Shown here: positions 25,932 through 38,829 of the stretch, in pieces
How the letters are laid out: each line of letters starts with the position of its first letter
How positions within the stretch are numbered: position 1 is the first letter of the stretch
From: Eledone cirrhosa
Taxonomy: Eukaryota
Reading direction: 5' to 3'
DNA length: 64,000 bases
Assembly: GCA_964016885.1 (NCBI GenBank)
Contig: OZ024743.1
Location: 35,278,001-35,342,000 of the forward strand
Made by a program: the position numbers and the translations under genes
Notes under the pieces: generated by a model
What the model was told of the DNA's origin: nothing
The model's database searches: none
Seen by the model: only the letters and a program-made list of their open reading frames with translations

Positions 25932-26674
25932 ATATAATAATAAAGAAGAAAGACGGTATCACTTGTTCATCTATACTTATTTCGAAGACATATGTCATTT
26001 GTATAATATCTGCCCTACGTGTTTTCTTCCGACAAAAATCCATGCAAGATGTAAATATCCGTTGATATGAGATATTCGTTGATATCCGTTGATATGAGAA
26101 CACGTAGGGCAGATGTTATACAAATGAAATACGCATAATAAAATAAATAGGGATGGGCAAATGATACCGTCTTTCTTGTTTATTATTATAACCCGCCGAG
26201 GTTAACTTTGCCTTTCATCCTTATGGGGTCGATAAAATAAAGTACCAGTAATACACTGGGTAATTGCTGGCCTTGTGCCAAAGTAGAAACAATTATTATA
26301 ATAAAACTCCGGATAAACATAAACTGTTGAGTGTTTGTCATCTCTTATGAAAGAGTCGGCAGATTTTCAATCAACCAACTTTCCTTAGTTGAATAAATAT
26401 ATGTATGTATATATATATGTATATTTTCTTTAATATTGCAACATTAAAGGAATATATCCTTCTGAAAGAATCGCGAGCAATTTATAATGTTATTTAAGCA
26501 TTGGTAATGTTATTTATGTATATATTTAAAACATATTTGCTATGTTATTCTACTGTAAATTTATTTATATGCTTTGTATATATTATATATACACAAATAA
26601 TGAATCTGTATATTAAAACATTGTTTGTATTATTCAATCAGTTTATTGAACAACTAAAATGCTCATCGTCAAGT

Positions 26675-26720
<46 letters not shown>

Positions 26721-27369
26721 GAGCGTGGAGAACAATAGCACGCAAAGACAAAACCACGTAAATCGTATAGCAGAAGTCGTAGACTAAAATTCTAACTAGG
26801 AGACCAAATGAATCTCCGCTACAGAGTTAAGAACAAAGTAAATAAATACAATACAGAAGTAATAGAAACAAATAAATACATACACGCAAACAGATACATA
26901 CATACACAAGCATACGCAAAACCTTACCATAGGTATACAAAACCACGCACATATAAATATGTGTGTGTGTGTATGCTTGTGTACAAATAAATAAATAATT
27001 ATATAAACGTATATAAGTAAATAAATACGTATATAACAAGCGCACACGCATACCTACATATAAATACACGAATGTTCGGAGACGTAAGTCAACTAAAACA
27101 AGAAGTACACATATACACACACACCCACCATACGTACGAACCTGCATACTCACGCAGACGCAAAACTCCCGTATACACATAGCCAAACCCTAAATACCAG
27201 AATATGTAAAAATTATACGCCATAACAGTCAAATATACGTACGAGAAGGTATACATACCTTCACAATACATACAGGTAATATATACTTACCTATGCAAAT
27301 AAGTAAAGGAATAAACAAAACATATACTTAGCTCCCACATCAAGACGTAAAATATCCACGTATAGATCG

Positions 27370-28465
27370 TGCTATCCGTTAGGGTATAACGTGGGCTGTA
27401 ATACAGGAAAGTTTTGTGCAATTTATGTTTACAAGCCGAAATTGCCTCAGATTTTTTGTTTAAGATGTGGTCTGTGGCGTAGAGTATTTCCAGGGCCTCA
27501 GCGGCGCAGAGGTCACATGGTCTTTTATTTCCGTTATACGATCTAGCACTAGCTAGGATCTCCCAGTGTAAATTATATTGGGTGTGGTTGTCTTTTAGAC
27601 TCCAGATATAAGCTGAAAGTGACGTCATATTCCTTCTTAGAGGGTAACGAAAAGAATGGGTATGCATGTAAAGACGCTGCTTGAAACTATTGGCGATTAA
27701 CCCTATGTAGGCCCTACGGGATGTGGGTGTTACAACCTTACATTTGTAGACAATGTTACTAGAGAGGCATTTCCCGGATAGGGGGCAATCAGCTCGATTC
27801 CTACAATTACAGTTAGTACTAACTACAGGGTTGCACGTGTTCCTACGGCTAGGTAGTTTAGCTAAATTTGAAGCTGTGATGTTATGTGCAAGGTTAGGAG
27901 TCGTAGAGTAAGAAATTTTAATAGTATTTCTATTAAAAATTTTACTATATTTATGTGTAGGGGGAAAATGCTTCGTAATAAGGGAAAGAAAGATCTTAGC
28001 TAATGGTGTGGCCACCTCCATATTATATGGTGGGTTAAACCAACAAATGCGACGGGATCTATTTCTTCTAGGTCTATTTTTGTACTCTGTATATGCTACC
28101 TTATCGACAAATCCACTTCGAGCAAGAGCTTCATTGTAATAAGTGGAATGGTCGTTGAAAATGCGCTCGTTGGTGGAAAGACGGGAAAGCCTCAACGAAA
28201 CGTTTCTTACCAGGTTCTTGGTTATGCTGGCAGGATGGTTGGAATGCTTACTTATGTAATTAAGCGTATCATTCGGCTTTCTATACGGGTAATACAACCC
28301 ATTCAATAAATTGAGGGTAATGTCGAGGTAATTAACGACCGAGAGATTGGCCTCAACCTGTATAGAGAGGTTGAAGCCTTTAAAGGCTGTGAGTTCTTTT
28401 CTGAACCTGTTGCAAGCACGAGGTCCACACTGAGTCATGGTCAAAAGACCATCGTCACGATATAT
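27370..28465 (-). mobile_element. Penelope-like retroelement: RT C-terminal half plus GIY-YIG endonuclease, open frame
   Basis: Motifs YRDDGL, VNYLDITLNL, YRKPND, WFNPPY, CNC..CPLSGKC, NIVYKC...YIGL, CDLCAAE..LNKKSE in ORF 27287..28561. The N-terminal His/Ile/Tyr part of that ORF is microsatellite. Confidence 0.92.
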
Positions 28466-28570
28466 ATATATGTGTGTGTGTATGTATGTATGAATCACTA
28501 TATATGTATATATATGTATATCTATATAAATGTGTGTGTGTATGTATATATGTGTATGCATGTTTGTGTG

Positions 28571-28617
<47 letters not shown>

Positions 28618-28753
28618 ATGTATATATATATATGTGTGTGTATGCATATGTGTGTGTGTGTATGTATATATATATGAAGATAAATTAACGGAGCCATAGA
28701 GTCGCGTTATTCCCTGTAAATTATGTGCTCAAAGGGAAAGGAATCCTATACAT

Positions 28754-28784
<31 letters not shown>

Positions 28785-28889
28785 GCATGTATATGAGTAT
28801 TTGTATATATGTATATGTGTGTATGTGTGTATATATATATGAATGTATATATATATATATATATATATATAGATATATATATATATATT

Positions 28890-29321
28890 CTAAGGCGGGT
28901 AAAATTCCCGAGATCCATGGACGAGTTCTCTCCAGCGGTCTCTGTCCCTCATTATCGCTGCCATGTCCTGCGTCTCCAACAGACCAGTGTCTGTCCTTAG
29001 GGCATCAATATACGTTAACCTTGGTTTTCCTCTTCTAGTGTGTCCATGTAGGGGCTCCCAAAGGAGTACTGAGTGCAATGTCAACTCTGGATGTCGGTGA
29101 GCATGTCCAGCTAACCTCAGTCTCCTCTGTGTCACTTTTGAGCTGACTTTTGGGATGCTCCCATACAGCTCTGAGTTTTTCATCCTCAGTGTATACTGAT
29201 TAATGTTCAGAGCCATCCTCAGCATTCTCGTGTAGCTCCCATCCACCATCTGAGTGAGTTTCTTGGTCAGTGTCCAAGTCCCAGACCCATACAGCAGCAC
29301 AGACTCCACTACAGCAATGAA
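28890..29321 (-). mobile_element. RTE-type LINE 3' fragment inserted in microsatellite
   Basis: [16 protein letters not shown]...RRLRLAGHAHR...[10 protein letters not shown]. Confidence 0.85.
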
Positions 29322-29544
29322 CATACATATACACATATATATATACACATACATACATATATATACATATATACACATACATATATATATATACACATAC
29401 ATATATATATATACACATACATATATATATATACACACATACATATATATATATACACATACATATATATATATATATATGTATGTGTATATATATAGAT
29501 GTAATCTGAATAGTATGGTAGAATATTAAGTGTTAAATGTTAAT

Positions 29545-29583
29545 TGAACAAGTACTTTCATGCTTTCGCAATCTTCAGGTTCA
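29545..29583 (-). ncRNA. Minimal type I hammerhead ribozyme motif with palindromic stem III
   Basis: Minus strand reads TGAAC-CTGAAGA-TTGC GAAA GCAT-GAA-AGTACT-T-GTTCA: 5-bp stem I, GNRA-capped stem II, self-complementary AGTACT stem III. Confidence 0.7.
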
Positions 29584-29888
29584 TATTCTGTGGTGACAGT
29601 CAAGTTTGCAATTTTCAACTGTAATGAGATGGGTAAATTTTGTGCCTTATATACAGTGAAAAGCGGCTACAGAATGCTAAATTTTGCAAACTGTATTTCG
29701 ACCAATTGGTGTGTAGTTTCACTGGATTACTGAAGCTGATTGGTTTAGGCATCATGGTTGGTTGACCATGTCTGACTTATATTTGGCTCTATCCAAAGCA
29801 TCAATTGTTTTGCTATTTTTAGAAATGTTGTAAATAACATTTTCTAGGGTTTTTATACCCCTAAGAATTATTATTGTTCATTTAGCTA

Positions 29889-29927
29889 TAAACCTGAAGA
29901 TTGCGAAAGCATGAAATTACTTGTTCA
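29889..29927 (+). ncRNA. Minimal type I hammerhead motif, inverted partner copy (mutated)
   Basis: TAAAC-CTGAAGA-TTGCGAAAGCAT-GAA-ATTACT-T-GTTCA. Part of the inverted repeat 29509-29581 / 29891-29963. Confidence 0.55.
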
Positions 29928-30070
29928 ATTAACACTTAACACTTAATATTCTACCATACTATTTCATTCTAATACCATTATAATTTTAAAGGATTGTAAA
30001 TAAAAGGAGTAAATCAGACAAAGTTGGAAATCCTTTTATTAATATAATCTATACACAATCACACACACCC

Positions 30071-30104
<34 letters not shown>

Positions 30105-30294
30105 CTTTTAAGCTATTTTGTAGTATCTCTGTTCAGGAACACACCACTTATATTAAATTTATCTCCCTGGAGCTTTGTAAAAGTCTGAGAGATTGGCTAC
30201 ATATATTTTTTATATATATATTTTTTTGTTTAGATGGAAGACAAAACAAAGAAGATGAATACTAAGATGAAGAAGATAAAGATGAAGAACCTCA

Positions 30295-33000
30295 TTGCAC
30301 CACACCACACTACATAACACCACAACACAACGCACCACTCCACACGACTCCTCACTACATCACACCACACTATTCCACTCAACATAAAAACACACGACTC
30401 CTCACTACATCACAACACACCACTCCTCACTACAACACACCACACTACGCCTCACTACAACACACCACACCTCACTACATCACACCACATAAGAACACAC
30501 CACACTACTCTACATAAAAACACACCACACTACTCCACATCACATAACAACACAACACACCACTCCTCACTACAACACTCCACATAAGAACACACCACTA
30601 CTCCACATCACAACACAACACACCACTCCTCACTACAACACACCACTCCTCACTACAACACAACACACCACTCCTCACTACATCACACCACACTACTCCA
30701 CACCACATAACACCCAAAATTTTTTCCTCATCTTTTTTTCATGTGTTATCAACTAATCCGAACTCCAAGATGTTTGTTATTGACTCTCTTCATGGAAAAC
30801 TTAGGTGGATGCACTTCTCTCATTTAACCCCAGAGTTTTCTCTAAGATTTTTCCTATGTTATCAACGAATATGACCTCCAAACCAGTTGGAAATGATTAG
30901 TTGTTCTAGGAAAAAGGAGGGGTAAAGCAGGTGGAAAAACCATTGTCGTTTTGTAGATATATACCCTAATGATTTTTCTTCGGTTTCCTTTTGAGTGTTA
31001 TCAACTAATCTGACCTTTTAGTTGCTCTGTATCAATTTTTTTTCTTCTGGGATTTGGAAACTAAAACTAAATTAAACATAAAATTAAATCTAGCCCCAAC
31101 CCTAAACTCTAAACCAAACCAAGCTAAATCTAAATATAAACATTACCCCAACCATAAAACTAAACCTTACCCCAAACCTAAAACCTAAACTTTACTCCAA
31201 ACCTAAAACTAAACCCTAAACTTTACCCCAACCCTAAAACTAGACCCTAACCCTAAAACTAAACCCTAAACATTACCCCAACCCTAAACCTAACCCAAGG
31301 AAATAATTCGATTGGAAGCATCTAAGAGGTCAGATTAATTAATAGCACAGGAAATTAATAGTAAAAGGAAATATACCGAAAATGATTAAGTCCCACAACA
31401 TGTGAGTGGGGTGTAGATCTGCAAAACTCTTCCCCTCTCCCTCTCCTCTTTCTCCAAAGCTAGTTGTTTTTGACTGGTTTGGAAGTCATATTCACTGATA
31501 ACGCATGAAAATAGAATCAAAGAAAAAATTCCGAGTAAGTAGGGGTTATCCGGGTGAAGGGGGAACCACCTCACCCCGCCGTTTTCCTGGGGGGGGGGGG
31601 TCAGTTTCAAGCATCTTGGAGATTGGATCGGTTGATAGCACATGAAAAATAGGATGAAAAAATTTCACATCAAATCACTCCGCTCGCCTCCACATCACAC
31701 CACACCCCATCACATCACGTCTCGTCTTGCCTCATTTCACCACGCCACGCCACATTTCATCACATCACATTTCACCACGCCACATTTCATCACATCACAT
31801 TTCACCATGCCACGCCACATCACATCACATGCCATCACACCACATGCTACCACACTACATCCCACCACACTCCACTACACCATATCCCCCACCCTACATT
31901 GAACCACACTCCACTCCACCACACTCCACTACACCACACCACACCACAGTCTATTCGACTGTTTTCTATTTCGTAGGTATGTCCAGTTACAGTAAGAGAA
32001 AGAAAGTTATTTCAAAGGATCTGAGTAAGTAAACAATTCATTGACCGTCATTTTAAGCAGAATCTCAGTGTAGTTTTAAATTGACCTTTTCATATGATTA
32101 CACCTCAGTCTTAACTTAATCACCTGTAGATGGATGCTACATGTAATGTTAAAATTAGTTAAACACTGTTTCCCCCCTTCTCATCACATGTGGATGCTAC
32201 ATGTGTATTGTTAACAATCTGTTGTGTCCCCCCCCCCCCCCGCCTCACCACATCACACCATGTTGTACCACACCAGACCACAGAACACCATGCTATACCA
32301 TATATATATATACATATATATAAGCTCCCCACTCGTTATATTAACTGTATCTCCTCGGTGTTTTGTGAAAGTCTGAGAGATCAGCTATATATTTGTTTAC
32401 AATTTTTTTTTATATTTAGATGGAAAAGAAGAAAAAGACGACGAAGCAGACGACTAAAGTGAAAATGACAACAAAGACAAAGAAGACACGGGAAACGAAG
32501 ATGACGAAAAGAAGAAGAAAGTATAACTTTATCTCCTCAGCACTTTGTAAAGTCTGAGAGATAGGCAACATATATGTTTTACATTCTTTGTTTTTGGTAT
32601 TTAGATGGCAGAGGAGAAGATAAAGGCACAGAAGAAGTCAAAGGCACAGAAGAAGTCAAAGGCACAGAAGCAGTCAAAGGCACAGAAGAAAACAAAGGCA
32701 CAGAAGACAAAGAAAATGAACAAGAAGAACAATTATTATTACTATTATTATTGTTATTATTATTATTATTTGTATTATTATAATCAAACTAAGCCACACT
32801 ACATCAACCTATACCATACCACACCACACTGACAAACATTATACCATACCACATTATCCAACACCACACTACGAAACACTGTACGACCTCACATCAGACC
32901 ATGCTATGAAACAATATACCATACTACACTATACAACAATAGACAACACCACCCAAGACTATGAAACACTACTCTACCACACTATATCACACCACTCAAG
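30295..33000. repeat. Composite low-complexity region: CACCA/CACTA-type pentamer tracts, GAA-rich tracts, 18-bp minisatellite
   Basis: Tracts at 30295-30715, 31690-31950 and 32790-33000. AAAGGCACAGAAGAAGTC-like unit about 4 times at 32622-32707. Recurring (T)TTGT(G/A)AAAGTCTGAGAGAT...TTTAGATGG at about 30174, 32362 and 32543. Confidence 0.7.
30735..31649. mobile_element. TIR element with subterminal repeats and a degenerate telomere-like (CCCTAA/AAACT) core
   Basis: TIRs TTTTTCATGTGTTATCAACTAATCCGAACTCCAAGATG / CATCTTGGAGATTGGATCGGTTGATAGCACATGAAAAA. Internal TGTTATCAACTAATC repeats. CCCTAA-rich tract at about 31060-31297. Confidence 0.65.
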
Positions 33001-33039
33001 TTAGAGAGGATCAACTTTTTTTCCTGGAAGGTAGAAAAC

Positions 33040-35056
33040 CTAACTTTAAGCTAAAACCAAACTTTAAAAATAACACTTACCCTAACACTTGCACTCACAC
33101 ATGCTCTAACAGTGAACTTAGCGCTAACATGAAAACTAACACAAACACAAAATCTGAAAACTAACACAAACACTAAAACTGACACTAACACTAACCTGAA
33201 CACCAGCCCTAAAACTAACACTACCGTAAACACTAATACAAACACTAACACTAAAACTAACATTAGCACAAACATTAGCCTGAACACTAGCACTAAAACT
33301 AACACTACCATAAACACTAACACTGACCTGAGCACTAACACTAAAAGTAACACTAACACAAACACTAATCTGAAAACTGATACTAACCAGAAAACTAAGC
33401 TAACATTAACTTCAACACTAAAACAAACACTAACGCTAACAGAGATACTAACACAAATATTAACACTAACACAATCTCTAACACTAACCTCAACACTAAC
33501 ACTAAAACTAACATTAACTTGAACACTAACTCTAACCTGAAAACTAAGCTAACATTAACCTGAACACTAACATAAACATTAATGCTAACACTAACAGAAA
33601 TACTAATTCTAACATTAACGTTAACCTTAACACAAAAATAAAGACTAACGCTAACACAATCACTAACACTAATGCTAACAGAGATACTAACACAATCTCT
33701 AACACTAACTTTAACACTAAAACTAACACTAACATTAACTTGAACGCTAACACTAACCTGAACACTTACACTAAAACTAACACTAACAGAGATACTAACA
33801 CAAATATTAACACAAAAACAAACACTCACACAATCTCTAACACTAAAACTAACATTAACTTGAACACTAACACTAACCTGAAAACTAAGCTAATATTAAC
33901 CTGAACACTAACACAAACACTCATGCTAACACTAACAGAAATACTAATGCTAACATTAACACAAAAAAAAGACTAATGCTAACACAATCACTAACACTAA
34001 TGGAAACATCAATCACTAATGCTAACAGAGATACTAACACTAACCTTAACACTAAAACTTACACTAAAACTAACATTAACCTAAACACTAGCATTAAAAC
34101 TAACACTACCATAAACAGTAACACAAACACTAGCACTGATCTGAGCACTAACACTAATAAAAACACTAACACTAACACTAAAACTGATACTAACCAGAAA
34201 ACTAAGTTAACATTAACCTCAACACTAAAACAAACACTAACATAAACAGAAAAACAAAGACTAGCACTAACACTAATGGAAACACTAACACAAAATAAAA
34301 CACTAACACTAATGGAAAAAATAACACTAACACTAAAACTAACACTACCGTAAACACTAACACTAAAACTGACATTAACACGAACATTAACCTAAACACT
34401 AACACTACCACTAAAACTAACACTACCGTAAACACTAACACTAAAACTGACATTAACACGAACATTAACCTAAACACTAACACTACCACTAAAACTAACA
34501 CTACCATAAACCACTAACCTTAGCACTAACACTAAAAGTAACACGAGCCCTAACCTGAAAACTAAGTCAACATTAACCTGAACGCTAACACTAACAAAAA
34601 TGCTAACACTAATACAAAATCAAACACTAACACGAACACTAATGGAAACACTAACGCTGACAAAGATGGCTATGCTGGCACAAACGCTAGCGCAAATGTT
34701 GACACAATCGCTTACGCTGACACAAACACTAACGTGAATACTGATGCAGGTCCAAAGGCGAATGCTGACAAAGACTGACGCACACGCTGATGTAAATGCT
34801 GCACAGACTAACGCTGACGTGGACACTGACACAAATCCTCACACTGATATAAAAAAAAGCAAATGCAGACACTAATGCAAACACAGACGCAAATGTTGAT
34901 GCAGATGTTAAAGCAAACACAAATGCTGACGCAAACGATGACAGCGATGCTAATGTGAACCTTAACGCAGACGTAAACATTGACGTAGAAGCTAAAGGAA
35001 ACACTGATGCAAACACTAATGAAAATGCTGACACAGACGCTAACACACGTTAACAC
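33040..35056. repeat. About 2-kb degenerate (AACACT)n / (TTAGTG)n satellite
   Basis: Hexamer-based array with higher-order repeats. It produces the spurious Val/Leu and Thr/Asn ORFs. Confidence 0.9.
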
Positions 35057-35229
35057 TTTGCAGTGGAATGATAGGGACCCCAGTCCTATCATCTCATTTC
35101 TACAGCTGAGTAAACTGGAGCAATGTGAAATAAAGTGTCTTGCTCAAGGAAACAACACATCACCCAGTCCGAGAATTAAACTCACAACCTTTCAATTGCA
35201 AGCCCAATGCTCTAACCACTGAGCCATGT
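35057..35229 (-). mobile_element. tRNA-derived SINE, 3'-truncated (same family as 60648-60998)
   Basis: Reverse complement of 60653-60826, with A/B-box-like head. Confidence 0.75.
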
Positions 35230-35234
35230 TCCTT

Positions 35235-36293
35235 CTATTGTTGGCAATGTTAAGTCAGGAGACCATGTCTTGCTCATAAAGAACTGAGTTTGGCTTGGTT
35301 TCTACAGCTGGATGCCCTTCCTAATGCCAAGCTCATTTACAGTGAGTACTGGGTGTTTTTTGTTGTGATTCCTCCGCGACTACCTTACAGTGTGGACGGG
35401 GTGTTTTTTGTTGTGATTCCTCCGCGACTACTTTACAGTGTGGACGGGGTGTTTTTTGTTGTGATTCCTCCACGACTACTTTACAGTGAGTACTGGGTGT
35501 TTTTTACCGTGTCACCATCACGACCACTTTACAGTGTTTCGGCCTGTTCTCATGAAAGATATATTGGCGGGTGGGATGGAGTGGTGCATACTGTATGTAT
35601 GTTTCAGCCTTGGCCTGGGCCCGTGGGAAGTTGGGGTTTCTGTATTACCTCATAACGCCAGAGATCTTGGTCCTGTGTCATTGCCTTTCAGAGGTGCAAT
35701 TGGGCAAGGTCGGCTTTTATCACTTCATCTCAAGTCTTTCGGGGACTTTATGTAGCTGTCATCCTTCATACGAATCACATGTCCATACCAACATAATCTC
35801 CTCTCCTGCACACAACATTTGATTCCTCTTATACCTAGTTTCTCTTTCAGTTTGTTTATGCTTTGCTGTTCGCGTATATTACTATTACACATCCATCGGA
35901 GCATACAAGCTTCATTCCTTTCTAATCTACGCAAGTCTTCTACACACAGCGCCCAACTCTCACTACCATGCAACATCATACAGTCTACCTTTTATTCTGA
36001 GGGAAAAGCCTTTTGTATCTAGCTGTGGCAGTAGCTCCTTCAACTTCTTCCATCCCGTTCTTTCAGAACACCCCCTGCGCTGCTAATTCAGTATTGTTTT
36101 TACCAAGTCCTCCCAGACTTTGATGTCACTTGTTTTCAGTGATTGTTTGCTGCTTACTGTCCTGGTGCAACTGCTACATGTAAAGCCTACATTCTTAACT
36201 AAACTTCCTGAGATCCCACTACATCTCTTGTGTACCCATAGTTTGCATATGGGAAAGAGGATGGAGTTTCTACCTACACCTCTCCTACATAAT
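35235..36293 (-). mobile_element. RTE-type LINE 3' fragment with 48-bp tandem repeats in the 3' UTR
   Basis: MLHGSESWAL...RMLRWMC-like...RRLCWYGHVIRM, preceded by an upstream Cys-rich piece (CKLWVHKRCSG). About four 48-bp units from 35339. Homologous to 55270-56143. Confidence 0.85.
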
Positions 36294-36340
36294 GAGCACA
36301 CACACACACACATATATACACACACTCAATATATATATAT

Positions 36341-37030
36341 ACTAGCCGAATTACCAGCGCCTTGCTGCGTTTCACACATTTTTTTTGTAAGAAAATGATA
36401 ATTGATTTTAAACCAGTGATATAATTTATGGAGAAAAACTCAATATTACTCAATGTTAAATATAATGCATGAAAAATTGGAAAACATTTTTTGTAATATA
36501 TCAAATCAAAATTGCATTATTAAATCTTATTCTTATTTTGTTTCTTGTAAGTAATTTTTTTCAAAATATCAATTGAAAACTTTTGTGAATAGGCATCATA
36601 TCTTGTCATTTACCTATGGTTTAAGTTTCATATAAATCGAAAGGGAAAAGTTTTCAGCAGGGGTTTGTACCCCCGGGGAACCCTAAGAGGGGGTTTAACC
36701 CCCATTAGGGTATTGTAATTTTATTGAAATTTGCTGAAATTTTGTGAATAGGCATCATATCTTGTCATTTACCTATGGTTTAAATTGCATATAAATCGAA
36801 GGTAAAGTTTCAGCGATGGTTCTGTGACTCCGATGAACCCTTTGATTAAAATTAAATATACTTATACAAGTATCCTGGGCAATGAAGTTTCAGAATATAT
36901 ATGGTTATGGGGGGTCTATCTCCAAAACCATAGAAGGAGTTCGTAAAATCTTGTTCCATTTATTGGCCAAACTTTTCACTATAGGGCGTTTAACCCCCAT
37001 TAGGGTGTCTTAATATTATTGAAATTTGCA
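36341..37030 (+). mobile_element. Possible Helitron/Helentron-type non-autonomous element with internal tandem repeats
   Basis: Starts ACTAGCCGAATTACCAGCGCCTTGCTGCG in a TA tract. Internal duplications at about 36581/36740 and 36694/36988. Confidence 0.4.
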
Positions 37031-37388
37031 TACACACACACACATATATATATATATACACAAACACACACACACATATTTATATCTTTTAGCAGAGCAT
37101 TTTAATATTGCCACTCAATGGAATAAATGAATCTTGAAAATTAGGAGTGCCTGTCAGTGTGTATGTGTGTCTACTTAGCATCAATTTACTACCCTCCCCT
37201 ACCACCAGAAAATGTATAAATACCACCATATTACATTGACAGTCGGCTTTTCTGATGATTTCCTCTGAATGAAACAGTTCTAGTCCTGTTGAAGCCATTT
37301 CTATATTAAATATATATATATACTCTTTTAGCTGTTCCAGCCATCTGGCTGAGACCATGATTGGGCACCGCCCTTGTTGCTACACATT

Positions 37389-37960
37389 CTATCTCCAGCC
37401 TGTGTTGGCTGGCCATTGATGTAAGAGGGAGTTCGTTGCTGCTGCCCTTAGGTTACCTTCGTACCGTGATGTGGGCTCATCCGGGATTCTGGATAACAAG
37501 GTGTCGAGAAGTTTCTTGAAAATATCCACGGCCACACCATGTAGATCTCTCAAATCTCTCGGCAGTTTGTTGAAGAGTTGAGGGCCTTTGAACCCCAGTC
37601 TATTGCAATATTTGCTTTTTGTTCTAGATGTGGAAGACGGGACCTTTGTCACCACACAGTGACGTCTTGTTCGGGGATCGGTCCTGCTCTCAATACCAAA
37701 GTTTGGCGCTAGTCCCTCCAGGATTTTCCATATGTATATCACTGCGTATCTCTCCCGTCTTCGTTCCAAGGAGTAGAGTTTCAGTTCTTTTAGCCTCTCC
37801 CAGTAGCTCATCTCCATCGTGCAATCCTCTTGGTGTAGCTTCGTTGGATTGTCTGAAGTTCCGTGGTTAGTTTGATACTATGGGGTGACTACAGCTGGGA
37901 GCAATAGTCCAGGCGGCTTAGGACAAATGACCTTCATAGTACCAACATGGTCTCCCGGTC
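37389..37960 (-). mobile_element. CR1/L2-group LINE 3' fragment
   Basis: YWERLKELKLYSLERRRERYAVIYIWKIL...GPQLFNKLP...FKKLLDTLLSRIPDEP. Confidence 0.85.
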
Positions 37961-38829
37961 TCTTATATAGAAAACCTCAAATAAAAATTCAAGATTTGTT
38001 TCAATTTAACAGAGCAGAAAGAATTTGCGTCAGAATATTCCAACCAATCCAGCCTATATCAGTTGAATAAATATGTATATGGAGATATATATATATACAC
38101 ACCCACATGCACATATATATATATATATATACACACACATGCACGCACACACACACTCAAACACACATGCATGCATACATGATGGCTGCCCCCTCGTTAT
38201 CGAGTATGGCCATTGCACGATATACCATTATTAATAATTATTTATTAATTCTATCGTGCAATGCCTGTGCATGAAGATATTTTTTTAAATGAGGAAAGAC
38301 TGTGCACTGAGCCAATCCCACTCTCTGAGGGACAGTAGCTATAACCCGAAAAGAAGAAAATATCAACATCATCGGTAACTACTGAGCCGCAGGTTTTATA
38401 TCGGAGTTATCCCAGTTTCCTGAGTTGCCTTCTCCTAGAAGAATGCCCTGACAAAGGCTAGGGGTCCTTCACTCCCAGTGGTTTAACCACGCGATCGGGT
38501 GTCCAGCCCGATTATTTCTATGTCCCCGCGCATGTACATACACATGCACCCATGTATATACACATATACATACATATGTACATGTGTATATACATATTTA
38601 CACACTTTTGGATGGCCGTTGACTCTTATGAGATCTTCCGCCCTTTGTCAGGTTTTGTTTTGTCCTGCAGGGTGTCCAAAATCACCCTCCTCACCAAGTA
38701 AACTTGGTGGGGTTGCCGGTTTAGTCGCCGACGACCCGACCATGCGACAGGTTGTACTGGGTTACATGTTACCAATAGCACTCAAGAGTGACCTGACATA
38801 CATACATACATACATAACTACATGATGGC

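Noticed and set aside
26765-26830. Hairpin GGAGA...TCTCC downstream of the Penelope ORF, where a hammerhead is expected
   Set aside because: The core reads CTGTAGC and no GAAA follows, so it is at best a dead ribozyme.
33051-34507. Val/Leu-rich 'membrane protein' and Thr/Asn-rich ORFs
   Set aside because: Artefacts of the hexamer satellite.
35339-35540. Regular 48-bp repeats resembling a CRISPR array
   Set aside because: Tandem units without unique spacers inside an RTE 3' UTR; eukaryotic context with no cas genes.
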